Shown here piece by piece: positions 30,880-40,699 of a stretch of DNA of 64,000 nucleotides. This stretch comes from an uncultured Chlamydiales bacterium (GTDB lineage: Bacteria > Chlamydiota > Chlamydiia > Chlamydiales > JAAKFR01). The DNA lies in the NCBI GenBank assembly GCA_963699155.1, contig OY969414.1, positions 747,757 through 811,756 of the forward strand, read 5' to 3'. The notes beneath the pieces were generated by a model. That model was not told where the DNA came from and did not search any database. It worked only from the letters and a program-made list of their open reading frames with translations. The translations under genes and the position numbers were made by a program. How positions within the stretch are numbered: the first letter of the stretch is position 1; each line of letters opens with the position of its first letter.

Positions 30880-31465
30880 GGGAATTGAGTACAGTTTCTA
30901 CTGCCGCTTGGGTGAGGGCATCGATTTCGATGTTGACGCCATCGCCTATCCTCTTTTGGCCTAAAGTGGTCCGCTTGAGAGTTTCAGGGATCAGATGGAC
31001 GGTGAAATGCCCCCTTGCTTTATCGACATCGACCAAGGTTAGGCTGATGCCATCGATAGCGACGAACCCCTTTGAAAAAAAATAGTTCATCCACCCTTTA
31101 GGACAGGAAAATTGGTAGACATTATCAGAAATTGAAGAAAGAGTGGCTGTGCCATAGATATGACCAGATAAGAGGTGGCCTCCGATTTCATCACCAATGC
31201 GGGCCGACCTTTCCAAGTTAACCAGAGAGCCGATGCCCATTTTTTTAAAAGTCGTCCTAGAGATCGTCTCTCCAATGGCATCGAACCAGACTTTAGAGGA
31301 GGCCTGTTCGACAACCGTCTGGCAGACGCCATCGACAGAGACACTCGCCCCTTTTTCTAGCCCCTGCAAGAGCTCTTCAGGAAATTCCACAGCATATTTG
31401 AGGAGAGAGTCGATCTTGTCTAAGGCAACAATCTTGCCAATGCCTTTAACAATCCCTGTAAACAT
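30857..31465 (-). CDS. ribE: Riboflavin synthase (alpha chain)
   Basis: MFTGIV start, SVDGVCQT, VNLER, GGHLLSGH, IDGISLT. Confidence 0.96.
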   Translation of the reverse strand: MFTGIVKGIGKIVALDKIDSLLKYAVEFPEELLQGLEKGASVSVDGVCQTVVEQASSKVWFDAIGETISRTTFKKMGIGSLVNLERSARIGDEIGGHLLSGHIYGTATLSSISDNVYQFSCPKGWMNYFFSKGFVAIDGISLTLVDVDKARGHFTVHLIPETLKRTTLGQKRIGDGVNIEIDALTQAAVETVLNSHSALYNF

Positions 31466-31540
31466 AGAAGAAAGTATAAAATTAGCTAGCTTTCTTTTCG
31501 ATGAAAATATATCATTTACAACCAAATTTTTGGTAATTCG

Positions 31541-32050
31541 ATGAAATGTCCCTTTTGCGCACACGAGGAGCTTAAAGTCACCGATTCGCGAAACGCGACC
31601 GAAGCGAACGCCATTCGCAGAAGACGGGAATGTCTGAACTGTAACCGCCGCTTTACCACCTTTGAGACTGTCGAATTGGCGATGCAGGTCCACAAGAGAG
31701 ATGGCCATTACGAGGACTTTCAAGAGCAGAAGCTGATCAATGGTTTAGATGCCGCCTGCCGCCATACCAAAATCAGTCACGATCAGGTACGAGCTCTCGC
31801 TTCGAGGATCACAAGCGAGCTGATGCAGCAGCAGGTGAGAGAGATTTCTACAAAAGAAATCGGGGAAATAGTAATGAAATATCTAAAGGGTATGGATACG
31901 ATAGCCTATGTCCGTTTTGCTTGCGTCTATCGCCGCTTTAAGGATATAGGTGAGCTCATGGAAGCGATCCATTCCATAGGAAATAATCAAAGCTTGGAAG
32001 ATGAAGAGCTAGAGGGTGTGGAGAAGAACAATGGTGTTATCAAAAGCTAA
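31541..32050 (+). CDS. nrdR: Transcriptional repressor NrdR
   Basis: MKCPFC, IRRRRECLNC, RFTTFE, AYVRFACVY. Confidence 0.98.
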   Translation: MKCPFCAHEELKVTDSRNATEANAIRRRRECLNCNRRFTTFETVELAMQVHKRDGHYEDFQEQKLINGLDAACRHTKISHDQVRALASRITSELMQQQVREISTKEIGEIVMKYLKGMDTIAYVRFACVYRRFKDIGELMEAIHSIGNNQSLEDEELEGVEKNNGVIKS

Positions 32051-32405
32051 AGTGGAAGAGTTCAAAAAACGGTTGATCAAGATGCGGGTCCAGTTGACCC
32101 ACACTCTAGAGGGGACCACTCGAGAGGTGAAACGACCCGACGAGGCAACTGGTTATTCTCAACATCAGGCGGATCAAGGCACAGATGACTTTGACCGCAC
32201 CATCAGCCTAGAGGTCACCACCAAAGAATATCAACTCTTACGCCAGATCGATCGAGCCTTGGAGAAAATTGAGGAAAATACCTACGGAATTTGCGATGTG
32301 AGCGGTGAAGAGATCCCCTTAGCTCGTCTTGAGGCCGTTCCCTATGCCACTATGACAGTGAAGGCCCAAGAAAAATTCGAGAAGGGGCTCCTTTCTGAAA
32401 CATGA
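32031..32405 (+). CDS. dksA: DksA/TraR family protein
   Basis: ADQGTD, IDRALEKI, YGICDVSGEEIPLARLEAVP. Confidence 0.92.
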   Translation: MVLSKAKVEEFKKRLIKMRVQLTHTLEGTTREVKRPDEATGYSQHQADQGTDDFDRTISLEVTTKEYQLLRQIDRALEKIEENTYGICDVSGEEIPLARLEAVPYATMTVKAQEKFEKGLLSET

Positions 32406-32914
32406 TAAAACCCTATCTCCGGGCAGCCGGGCTTCTTTTACTGGGCCTGGTTCTTTTGTTAACCGATTTTGTCAGTAAAGCTTACGTCTACCATCTTCTC
32501 TCTTCCTATGGGCTTTCAGCTGTTGACTTGACTGTTTTTAGAGATTGGTTTGGCATCGATTTCATGATCACTTTAGCCATGAACAGAGGTGCTGCCTGGG
32601 GCTTTTTCTCTAACTTTCAAATCCTTCTGCTCGTTCTCAGAATCGTGATGATTGTTGGGATGTTCATCTATCTCTTTTTCTTCAACCAACGTTTTTCACA
32701 AGCGATCCCTTTTGTGATGATCATCGCGGGAGCATTGGGAAATGTCGTCGATTTCTTCCTCTATGGCTCTGTGGTCGATTTTCTCCACTTTAATTTGTGG
32801 GGTTACCATTTTCCCGTCTTCAATTTTGCCGATAGCTGCATCACGCTAGGTGTCTTCTGGCTCCTCATCGCTACCTCCTTGAGACGAAAAGGGAAGAACT
32901 ATGCTGGAGTCTAA
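32402..32914 (+). CDS. lspA: Lipoprotein signal peptidase II
   Basis: NRGAAWG, GALGNVVD, VVDF, FNFAD. Confidence 0.96.
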   Translation: MIKPYLRAAGLLLLGLVLLLTDFVSKAYVYHLLSSYGLSAVDLTVFRDWFGIDFMITLAMNRGAAWGFFSNFQILLLVLRIVMIVGMFIYLFFFNQRFSQAIPFVMIIAGALGNVVDFFLYGSVVDFLHFNLWGYHFPVFNFADSCITLGVFWLLIATSLRRKGKNYAGV

Positions 32915-33584
32915 AAAAAACCTCCCTGCTCCTTTGCAGGTCTCCAAATGGATCAAACTTCCCCTTTTGATCGATGCTGAGGAGATGCAGGGGCTCATCG
33001 ATGCACTTCCTCCCTTTAAGCTCTATGACGTGCAGAAGGTAAACTCCGTGAATTCTGGTGTGGAGGCTCCTACCTATCTTGTAGAGGGATATCGACGCTA
33101 TGTCTCGCATCTCCAAAAAGGGGAAACGCCGCCTCTAGATCAATTCCGAGGCCTCTTCTCGGCAGCCTGGAGTGTTACTGACGAGGCCTTTTTTTCAGTG
33201 GCTATCGATGAGGGAAGAAGGTTGTTCAAAGCCATCACACCGATCGTCCAGACACAGATGAATCAAATCCGTTATGCTCCAGAGGAAAAAGTCTTCCGTA
33301 CCCAAGTTTTTGGGCCTGATACCCTTTGTTGGGGCATTCAGATCGGCTTTCCTCACCTCTTTTTAGACCCGACAAGCTATGAAGCACTCTCGACCCGGGA
33401 GTTCCCCAACATGGCTCTCTTCAATGCAGTCCAAAGATGGGTCCGTCAGAACACCGTTCCGACCCCATTTATCGTTGAAGGGGAAAAATTGAATTCCCCC
33501 ATTCGCTTAGGTAAAAAGTGCTTTTCTTGGATTGCCTCACATCCCCAATTGAAAGCATTAGGAATATCCATTGATCGAGCATGA
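32901..33584 (+). CDS. Hypothetical protein
   Basis: 227-aa ORF overlapping both neighbours within an operon. Confidence 0.75.
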   Translation: MLESKKNLPAPLQVSKWIKLPLLIDAEEMQGLIDALPPFKLYDVQKVNSVNSGVEAPTYLVEGYRRYVSHLQKGETPPLDQFRGLFSAAWSVTDEAFFSVAIDEGRRLFKAITPIVQTQMNQIRYAPEEKVFRTQVFGPDTLCWGIQIGFPHLFLDPTSYEALSTREFPNMALFNAVQRWVRQNTVPTPFIVEGEKLNSPIRLGKKCFSWIASHPQLKALGISIDRA

Positions 33585-34044
33585 ACTGCAAAAGCTTTTG
33601 ATCGAGCGACAGGAGACCCTTTCCCTTGCCGAATCGTGTACAGGAGGGGGAATCTCTGCCCGCCTTGTCAAAGTTCCCGACTGCTCACACTACTTTTTAG
33701 GGGGTCTTGTCAGCTATTCGGGGGCAGCCAAGGAGAAGCTTCTCAAGGTCAAGCACGAGACGATTCAAAAATGGGGCGAAGTCAGCGAACAAACCGCTCA
33801 AGAGATGGCTCAAGGAGCTCTAACAGCATTCGGTTCCACACACGCTCTCGCCGTCACGGGCATTGCAGGGCCATCTGGAGGATCTCCTGAAAAACCTATC
33901 GGAACGGTTTTTGTGGCCATTGCCTCTAGGGAGGGTCTTCTTTCAAAGAAACACTATCTTTTCTCTGGGGCGCGCGAAGAAATTATCTCAAAGACAATAG
34001 AAGAGGCACTCCTCTATCTCCTTAATTCATTAAAAATGATATAA
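33571..34044 (+). CDS. CinA/PncC family NMN amidohydrolase
   Basis: AESCTGG, VTGIAGPSG, KPIGTV. Confidence 0.92.
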   Translation: MIEHELQKLLIERQETLSLAESCTGGGISARLVKVPDCSHYFLGGLVSYSGAAKEKLLKVKHETIQKWGEVSEQTAQEMAQGALTAFGSTHALAVTGIAGPSGGSPEKPIGTVFVAIASREGLLSKKHYLFSGAREEIISKTIEEALLYLLNSLKMI

Positions 34045-34054
34045 TTCTTCCCCT

Positions 34055-34864
34055 ATGAATTACCAGCTATTAGACAGTGGGGATGGTTATAAACTGGAAC
34101 AATTTGGTGAAATTATCCTCATAAGGCCAGCTGTTCAGGCCCTCTGGAAGCCTCAACTCCCCAAAGAGGTCTGGAAGAAGGCCCATGCAAGATTTTCGAG
34201 GGAGGGGCAGAATCAGTGGGAGGAGTTTCGCCCCATTCCATCCCAATGGCAGATCACCTTTGAAGGGGTAGAGCTTCGGTTAAAAAGAACCGATTTTGGC
34301 CATCTCGGTCTCTTTCCCGAACATGCGCTCCTCTGGCCCTGGATGTTTCAATTTCCCCTCAAGGGGGCTAAAGTTTTAAACCTTTTCGCCTATTCTGGAG
34401 CCGCTACCTTAGCATTGGCTTCGCAAGGAGCTGCTGTGACACATCTGGATGCCTCACCAGGAATGGTCCAGTGGGCGCGTGAAAATGCGGAGCTCAATGG
34501 CCTGAGCGGTGCGCCCATACGCTGGCTCGTCGACGATGTGCGTAAATACCTGGCGCGCGCGGAGCGTCGGGGAGAAACTTATGATGCAGTGATTTTAGAT
34601 CCCCCCTCCTTTGGACGGGGAAAAACGGGCGAGATTTTTAAAATTGAACGCGATCTCCCGCTCATTCTCCAGCAGTGCCAAAAGCTGCTTACCAACAAAC
34701 CTCTCTTCATTTTGTTTACCTGCCATACACCTGGATTTACACCGCTTGCGATGGGACAAGTGGTGAAAGAAGCCTTGCCCAAGGGCGTGATTGAAACGGG
34801 AGAGATGTACATCGATGGACCTTATAAGCTGCCTAGCGGGACATTTGCCAAATGGAGACCATAA
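34055..34864 (+). CDS. Class I SAM-dependent (rRNA-type) methyltransferase
   Basis: VLNLFAYSG, ILDPPSFG. Confidence 0.9.
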   Translation: MNYQLLDSGDGYKLEQFGEIILIRPAVQALWKPQLPKEVWKKAHARFSREGQNQWEEFRPIPSQWQITFEGVELRLKRTDFGHLGLFPEHALLWPWMFQFPLKGAKVLNLFAYSGAATLALASQGAAVTHLDASPGMVQWARENAELNGLSGAPIRWLVDDVRKYLARAERRGETYDAVILDPPSFGRGKTGEIFKIERDLPLILQQCQKLLTNKPLFILFTCHTPGFTPLAMGQVVKEALPKGVIETGEMYIDGPYKLPSGTFAKWRP

Positions 34865-35667
34865 CTAGCCTTCAAAATCCCAAGATCAAGCAGGCTCTCA
34901 AATTGTGGAAACGGAGCGAGAGGGAAGAGTCGGACCGTTTTTTGATAGAAGGCTATCGCGAATTGAGCCGAGCAGTGGGCGCACAATTGAAAATCGAAAC
35001 ACTCTTTATCTGCCGTGAATTGTTTCTTGGTAGTAATGAGGAGTCGTTGATCAACCAGCTGGCTGCACAAAAAAGTGCGATCATTCCCTGTTCAGAAGCA
35101 GTTTTCAAGAAGCTCTCTTATCGTGATCGCCCCGACGGCTTGATTGCTGTGGCGCCTCAATTCCATACGACGCTGGACTCGCTATCAAAGAGGCCAAACC
35201 CCCTTTACGTGGTGGCTGAGGGCATTGAAAAGCCGGGAAATTTGGGAACGATTCTCCGTTCCTCGGATGCCACCGGTGTCGATGGAGTGATTGTTTGCGA
35301 TCGCCAGACAGATATTCATAATCCCAATGTGGTTCGAGCGAGTGTAGGGACCCTCTTCACCCTTCCCGTTATCGAAGCTGAGGGAGAGGCCGTTTTCTCG
35401 TGGCTTAAGAATCAAAAGATCGCCATAGTATCTGCCACACCCTCAGCAGAGCGGCTTTTTACAGAAGTTGATTTGAAAGGGCCCTTAGCGATTGTCGTTG
35501 GCACTGAACAGTATGGATTGTCTCAGCGCTGGATGCACGGGGCAGATCTTCAAGTGAGAATCCCTATGCTCGGCAGAGCCGACTCGCTCAATGTGGCTAT
35601 GGCAGCCACCCTCCTCCTTTATGAAGCTGTCAGACAGAGAAATGATGGAACCACTCTACGTCGATAA
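34852..35667 (+). CDS. TrmH/SpoU family RNA methyltransferase
   Basis: PGNLGTILRS, GTEQYGL, SLNVA. Confidence 0.95.
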   Translation: METITSLQNPKIKQALKLWKRSEREESDRFLIEGYRELSRAVGAQLKIETLFICRELFLGSNEESLINQLAAQKSAIIPCSEAVFKKLSYRDRPDGLIAVAPQFHTTLDSLSKRPNPLYVVAEGIEKPGNLGTILRSSDATGVDGVIVCDRQTDIHNPNVVRASVGTLFTLPVIEAEGEAVFSWLKNQKIAIVSATPSAERLFTEVDLKGPLAIVVGTEQYGLSQRWMHGADLQVRIPMLGRADSLNVAMAATLLLYEAVRQRNDGTTLRR

Positions 35668-36292
35668 CCATCTGCTCGTGCTCAATAAGTCGGCAGGCTT
35701 ACTGTGCCAACCCAATGGCACTTCAGATCCCTCATTAGAATTACAGGGGAAAGAGTGGCTAAAAAGAGCGTTCAACAAGTCTGGAAATGTCTTTCTCCAT
35801 GCCATGCACAGACTTGACCGGCCCGTTTCCGGAGTTGTTCTCTTTGCACGCACAGATAAAGCGCTTTCGCGCTTAAATGCTTTTCTGCGAAAGGGTGACT
35901 TTCACAAAAAATATATCGCTCTAGTGGAAGGCCATTTTCTACAAAGCGAGGGCATCCTGGAACATGTATTGGTGAAAGAGGAGCACTACTCCCGCCTGGC
36001 TACTCCCAATGAGGAAGCGGCCAAAAAGTGCCTCTTACGCTACCGGACGCTCAAAAAATTCTCGGATAGTTCATTGATAGAAGTGGAGCTCCTTACAGGC
36101 CGCTATCACCAGATTCGCTGTCAATGTGCTGTAGAAGGTCATCCAGTAGTGGGCGATCTGAAATATGGCTCAAAAGTGGCTTCAGACCAGCTCTTTCTCC
36201 ACCATGCTCTTCTGGAATTTCCTCATCCGACTTTAGAGAAGATGGTGAGGGTTGAAGCACCTCTACCTACTATCTGGGATAACTATTATTAA
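35642..36292 (+). CDS. RluA family pseudouridine synthase
   Basis: HRLDRPVSG, TGRYHQIR, GDLKYG. Confidence 0.95.
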   Translation: MMEPLYVDNHLLVLNKSAGLLCQPNGTSDPSLELQGKEWLKRAFNKSGNVFLHAMHRLDRPVSGVVLFARTDKALSRLNAFLRKGDFHKKYIALVEGHFLQSEGILEHVLVKEEHYSRLATPNEEAAKKCLLRYRTLKKFSDSSLIEVELLTGRYHQIRCQCAVEGHPVVGDLKYGSKVASDQLFLHHALLEFPHPTLEKMVRVEAPLPTIWDNYY

Positions 36293-36368
36293 TTTTAGTT
36301 TGGATAAGTTGCTTTTTAAATCATTTTAGGGTATATTTACTCTAATCTTTTTTTCAACGTTTGGGTAA

Positions 36369-36995
36369 ATGGGATTAGAAGGCAAAATTTTAAACGCCAT
36401 TGACGATAGCACCAATGCGATCCAACAACTTACCAGGCCGCAATCCCTGGCCTTTATCGAAAAAAGTGCACTCGCTTTAGCTGCCTGCTTTCAATCAGGG
36501 GGTAAAGTGCTTCTAGCGGGAAATGGGGGAAGTCTCTGTGATGCCTCCCACTTCGCTGAAGAGCTGACAGGCTTTTTTCGGCGCCACCGAAAAGCGCTTC
36601 CTGCGATTGCCCTCTCTGAACCAGGTCATTTAACTTGTGTTGCCAACGATATAGGCTTCGAACAGGTCTTTGCGAGAGCCATCGAAGCCTATGGCAAAAG
36701 AGGAGATCTCTTTATCGGTTTAACGACGAGTGGTAATTCTGCCAATATGGTCTTAGCCTTTGAGAGGGCAAAAGAGATGGGTTTATCGACGATTGCTTTT
36801 CTCGGAAAAGGAGGAGGAAGGTTGAAGGGGCAGGCCGATCTGGAGCTCATCATTGAGGAGTTTGAGACCTCTGATCGTATCCAGGAAGCCCACATGACGG
36901 CCATCCATATCATTATCGAAATGGTAGAAGAGCTTCTCTTCAAGCAGAGTGAGGAGGATTTTCTCCAGCAACTCTTGGCGGTGGTCCGCCGATGA
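36369..36995 (+). CDS. gmhA: Sedoheptulose-7-phosphate isomerase
   Basis: GNGGS, HFAEEL, TTSGNS, RIQEAH. Confidence 0.95.
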   Translation: MGLEGKILNAIDDSTNAIQQLTRPQSLAFIEKSALALAACFQSGGKVLLAGNGGSLCDASHFAEELTGFFRRHRKALPAIALSEPGHLTCVANDIGFEQVFARAIEAYGKRGDLFIGLTTSGNSANMVLAFERAKEMGLSTIAFLGKGGGRLKGQADLELIIEEFETSDRIQEAHMTAIHIIIEMVEELLFKQSEEDFLQQLLAVVRR

Positions 36996-37978
36996 GTTGG
37001 GTTTATCGGAGTGGGGTCCGTCTGCGCCATTGGTTCTACGACCAAAAAGTTTTGTCCAAAGCCTTTTCACCTCTGCCCACCGTCAGTATCGGTAATCTGG
37101 TAGCAGGCGGTTCAGGCAAATCGCAGGTGGCTCTCTTACTCGCTAACACTCTCTCAGATCTTCCTCTAGCTATCCTGTCGCGCGGTTATAAAGGAGGCGC
37201 AGAACATGCGCCCGATCCGCTGATCGTCGATACCCAGAAGCATTGCCCTGCCCGCACGGGTGACGAGCCATGGCTTCTCTCTTCTAGACTCCACTCGAGC
37301 TCCTCCTTCGTGGTCGTCAATAAGAGCCGCTACAAGAGCGCTCTCGCTGCAGAAAAGTGGGGAGCGCGTCTACTCATTCTCGATGATGGGATGCAGCACC
37401 GCGCACTCCACCGCGATTTTGAAATCGTCGTGATCGATGGAAAAACCCCTCTGAAGGCATTTTTGCCTTGGGGAAAATTGCGGGAAGAGCCCTATCGTCT
37501 CAAAGAGGCCGATGCTCTGGTCTATATCGGCGAGCCAAAAGCGGAAGTAGCAGCAGAGATCACGCAGCATACCGATGCCCCTGCCATCACTATGGAGATC
37601 ATTTCTGAAGGAAATTTCGATTTAGAGGGTGTGGAGTGCTCCTTAAAGGAAAGAAAGGTCGCCCTCTTCTGCGGTATTGGAAACCCGCTCCGTTTTGTGA
37701 AAACAGTCGAGCAGTTGGGTGGAGAGGTGGTAGCCACTCTCTTTGCCCCTGATCATGAACTGCCCTCAAAAGTAGATTTGGACCGATTTGCCATCGAAGC
37801 GAAAGAGAAAGGAGCAGAATATTTAGTCTGCACTGAAAAAGATAAAGTGAAACTCTCAAAGAATCAATGGCCCCTCAAAATAGTTTGGGTCAAAGCAGCT
37901 CTTCGTGTCGTTGCCAATCAGGAAGGATGGCAGAAGATCATCGAAGAAATTAAATTAATGGTGAGGGTCATACCATGA
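36992..37978 (+). CDS. lpxK: Tetraacyldisaccharide 4'-kinase
   Basis: GNLVAGGSGKS, SRGY, GDEP, LDDGMQH, TEKD. Confidence 0.96.
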   Translation: MSWVYRSGVRLRHWFYDQKVLSKAFSPLPTVSIGNLVAGGSGKSQVALLLANTLSDLPLAILSRGYKGGAEHAPDPLIVDTQKHCPARTGDEPWLLSSRLHSSSSFVVVNKSRYKSALAAEKWGARLLILDDGMQHRALHRDFEIVVIDGKTPLKAFLPWGKLREEPYRLKEADALVYIGEPKAEVAAEITQHTDAPAITMEIISEGNFDLEGVECSLKERKVALFCGIGNPLRFVKTVEQLGGEVVATLFAPDHELPSKVDLDRFAIEAKEKGAEYLVCTEKDKVKLSKNQWPLKIVWVKAALRVVANQEGWQKIIEEIKLMVRVIP

Positions 37979-39237
37979 AACTGTGGAAAAAAATGCTCAT
38001 CGGTATTGGGTTGGGCATCGGAGCAGGCTACCTGCTCGGGCCTCACGCACAATATCTGAAGCCAGTAGGCACCATCTTCTTAGGCCTCCTCAACATGTTG
38101 GTCGTGCTGCTGGTCTTTTCTTCGATGACAGTTGGTATCACTTCGATCAACGACATGCGCAAACTGGGTAGGGTTGGCCTCAAAACCTTGCTGATGTACT
38201 TGGTGACAACGGCCATCGCAATCATCTTTGGCCTCATTGCTGCCCATCTGATCAATCCAGGTGTTGGTTTGGGGCTCAATCATGGCGGTGAGATCAAAAT
38301 CGATGAGACGCCTGAGATCTTAAACATCCTCCTCGACCTCGTCCCGAGCAATCCGATTGGTTCACTAGCGAGTGGAAACATCTTACAGGTTATCGTCTTC
38401 TCTATCTTTTTGGGACTCGGAATCAACTTTGCGGGAGAAAAAGGAAAACCGGTTGCCCGCGTGCTGGAATCACTTTCTGAAGTGATGTTTACCATGACGG
38501 GAATGGTGATGAATTTGGCGCCATACGGGATTTTTGCCATCATGGCCTGGGTTGCAGGGACATTTGGAGCTAGCATTCTCCTCCCTCTTCTCAAGCTAGT
38601 CTTGGCTCATTATGTGACTTGCCTTTTCCATCTCGTTGTCGTTTTTGGAGGGATCCTCTTTTTCATGGCAAAAGTGCGTGTCATGCCCTTCTTTAAAGGG
38701 ATGAGCGATGCGATCACCATCGCTGCTTCGACAACGAGTAGTTCAGCGACGCTTCCAGCCTCCCTACACTGCTGTGAGGAGAACTTAGGAGTCCCCAAAA
38801 ATATTGCCAGCTTTGTTCTGCCCCTCGGCTCAACTGTGAACATGAATGGAACGGCTATCTTTCAGGGGATTGCCGCCGTCTTTATTGCTCAGGCCTATGG
38901 GATCGAGCTTCCCTGGACGAGTCTTCTACTCATCGTCGTCACAGCGACCCTTTCAGCCATCGGCTGCGCAGGTATTCCAGGAGGCGGTTTGGTCACTCTT
39001 TCCATCGTTTTAGGCTCTGTGGGACTTCCTCTCGAAGGGATTGCCATCATTGCTAGCATCGACCGGATACGTGATATTATCGGAACGGTGGTCAACATTC
39101 TCGGGGATGCTGTCGTCGCCGTCTATGTCGCTAAATCGGAAGGGGAGCTCGACGAGGAGTGCTACAATAGCGAAGTCTATGTCAATTACCAAGATTCTTA
39201 CGCCAAAAAGGGCGCGACCGTCACAGAGGAGACTTAA
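37975..39237 (+). CDS. Dicarboxylate/amino acid:cation symporter (GltT/GltP family)
   Basis: TTSSSATLP, GSTVNMNGT, DRIRD. Confidence 0.93.
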   Translation: MKLWKKMLIGIGLGIGAGYLLGPHAQYLKPVGTIFLGLLNMLVVLLVFSSMTVGITSINDMRKLGRVGLKTLLMYLVTTAIAIIFGLIAAHLINPGVGLGLNHGGEIKIDETPEILNILLDLVPSNPIGSLASGNILQVIVFSIFLGLGINFAGEKGKPVARVLESLSEVMFTMTGMVMNLAPYGIFAIMAWVAGTFGASILLPLLKLVLAHYVTCLFHLVVVFGGILFFMAKVRVMPFFKGMSDAITIAASTTSSSATLPASLHCCEENLGVPKNIASFVLPLGSTVNMNGTAIFQGIAAVFIAQAYGIELPWTSLLLIVVTATLSAIGCAGIPGGGLVTLSIVLGSVGLPLEGIAIIASIDRIRDIIGTVVNILGDAVVAVYVAKSEGELDEECYNSEVYVNYQDSYAKKGATVTEET

Positions 39238-39238
39238 T

Positions 39239-40438
39239 ATGAGCAGCGAAATGATTGAAGTGATTCTGCCCAAATTAGGCGAAAGTATCGTGGGGGCGAC
39301 AGTCGTGCAATGGCTGAAACAGGAGGGAGATCCTGTCGCAGTGGATGAGGCCCTTTTGGAAGTATCGACCGATAAGGTCAATTCCGAGATTCCCTCTCCA
39401 GTGGGTGGAATCCTCAAAGAGATCTGTGTCCGGCAGGATCAGGAGATCGAAGTGGGAGCGCTTTTGGCCCGCATTGAAGTGGGCGCTTCTCAACATTCCA
39501 CACCCAGAATGGCGGTAACCCCTCCAGAATCACCTGTGAAGAGTGAAAGTAGGGAAGAGGTTTTCTCTCCCGCCGTCCTCCGTTTAGCTCAGCTAGAAGG
39601 GATTCCCTTTGACACGCTACGCAAAATTGATGGGACGGGAGATGGCGGTCGAGTGACGAAAAAGGATGTCGAGCGCTTTGTCCAGTTGAGGAGGCCAATG
39701 AAGGCTGCCAGCTGTCCCGCCGCACCAGTGGCTGTTGCCAGCGAAAAACCAAACGAAGAGCGGCTTGTCATGTCAGGCATGCGGAAGGCGATTGCCGAAA
39801 ATATGGTCCGCTCCTTTTATGAAGCGCCGCACGCCTCTCTTGTGATGGAAGCCGATGTGACAGATGCGATGAAGTTGATCAGCCGCGAAAAGGAGCGTTT
39901 CTTAGAGGCCCATGGGGTGAAATTGACAATCACCACTTTTCTCATCCAGGCTCTCAGCAAAGCGCTCCAGCAATTTCCGATGCTCAATGCCTCACTTGAA
40001 GGGGATACGATCGTCATGAAGCGCTATGTCAATGTGGGCATCGCTGTCAACATTGAAAAGGGGCTCGTTGTCCCCGTCATCAAGAATTGCCAAGAGAGAG
40101 GTTTGGTGAGCCTAGCCAAATCGGTCGCCGATCTTTCCACACGCGCTAGATCCAATAAACTTTCGCCCCAGGATGTCACCGAGGGCACTGTCACCTTGAC
40201 CAACTTTGGAATGACCGGAGCGCTCATCGGGGTACCGATCATCCGCTATCCCGAAGTGGCCATTATCGGCGCAGGCACTGTCCAAAAAAGGGTTATCGTC
40301 AGAGAAGATGACTCATTGGCTGTCCGCCACATGGTCTATCTCACTCTGACCTTCGACCATCGAGTTATCGATGGCATTTATGGCTGCCAGTTCCTCGCAG
40401 CCTTCAAGCAGCATCTGGAATCAGTGACAGTTCATTAG
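39239..40438 (+). CDS. 2-oxoacid dehydrogenase E2 dihydrolipoamide acyltransferase
   Basis: Lipoyl STDKV, E3-binding GTGDGGRVTK, catalytic DHRVIDG. Confidence 0.93.
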   Translation: MSSEMIEVILPKLGESIVGATVVQWLKQEGDPVAVDEALLEVSTDKVNSEIPSPVGGILKEICVRQDQEIEVGALLARIEVGASQHSTPRMAVTPPESPVKSESREEVFSPAVLRLAQLEGIPFDTLRKIDGTGDGGRVTKKDVERFVQLRRPMKAASCPAAPVAVASEKPNEERLVMSGMRKAIAENMVRSFYEAPHASLVMEADVTDAMKLISREKERFLEAHGVKLTITTFLIQALSKALQQFPMLNASLEGDTIVMKRYVNVGIAVNIEKGLVVPVIKNCQERGLVSLAKSVADLSTRARSNKLSPQDVTEGTVTLTNFGMTGALIGVPIIRYPEVAIIGAGTVQKRVIVREDDSLAVRHMVYLTLTFDHRVIDGIYGCQFLAAFKQHLESVTVH

Positions 40439-40509
40439 GACTCATAGAAAAAGTATTCTCTAGTTGAAAATTCCAATTTTGTGATTAAACAGTGTCAAAA
40501 GGAGTTTTC

Positions 40510-40659
40510 ATGAACCTATTTCACCACCCTCTCACCTTCCCCATCATCTCATTGATCTTCGGGATCCTCATTCTGATCTTCCCAAAGCTACTCAATTTCA
40601 TGGTGGCCATCTATTTGATCATCGTGGGTTTAATCGGGCTCTTGGGCTACTTTAAATAA
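40510..40659 (+). CDS. DUF3096-like small membrane protein (49 aa)
   Basis: Hand translation MNLFHHPLTFPIISLIFGILILIFPKLLNFMVAIYLIIVGLIGLLGYFK; AGGAG SD; shorter than any ORF in the track. Confidence 0.8.
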   Translation: MNLFHHPLTFPIISLIFGILILIFPKLLNFMVAIYLIIVGLIGLLGYFK

Positions 40660-40699
40660 AAAACCTCTCGCATAACCTCCTTCTGCTGTTCGCATAAGG

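Noticed and set aside
31466..31723. Long N-terminal extension of ribE in the ORF track
   Set aside because: Riboflavin synthase starts at MFTG; the extension overlaps the divergent nrdR gene.
32031..32405. DksA with only one Cys in the zinc-finger region as a novelty
   Set aside because: Cys-poor, zinc-independent DksA variants are already known.
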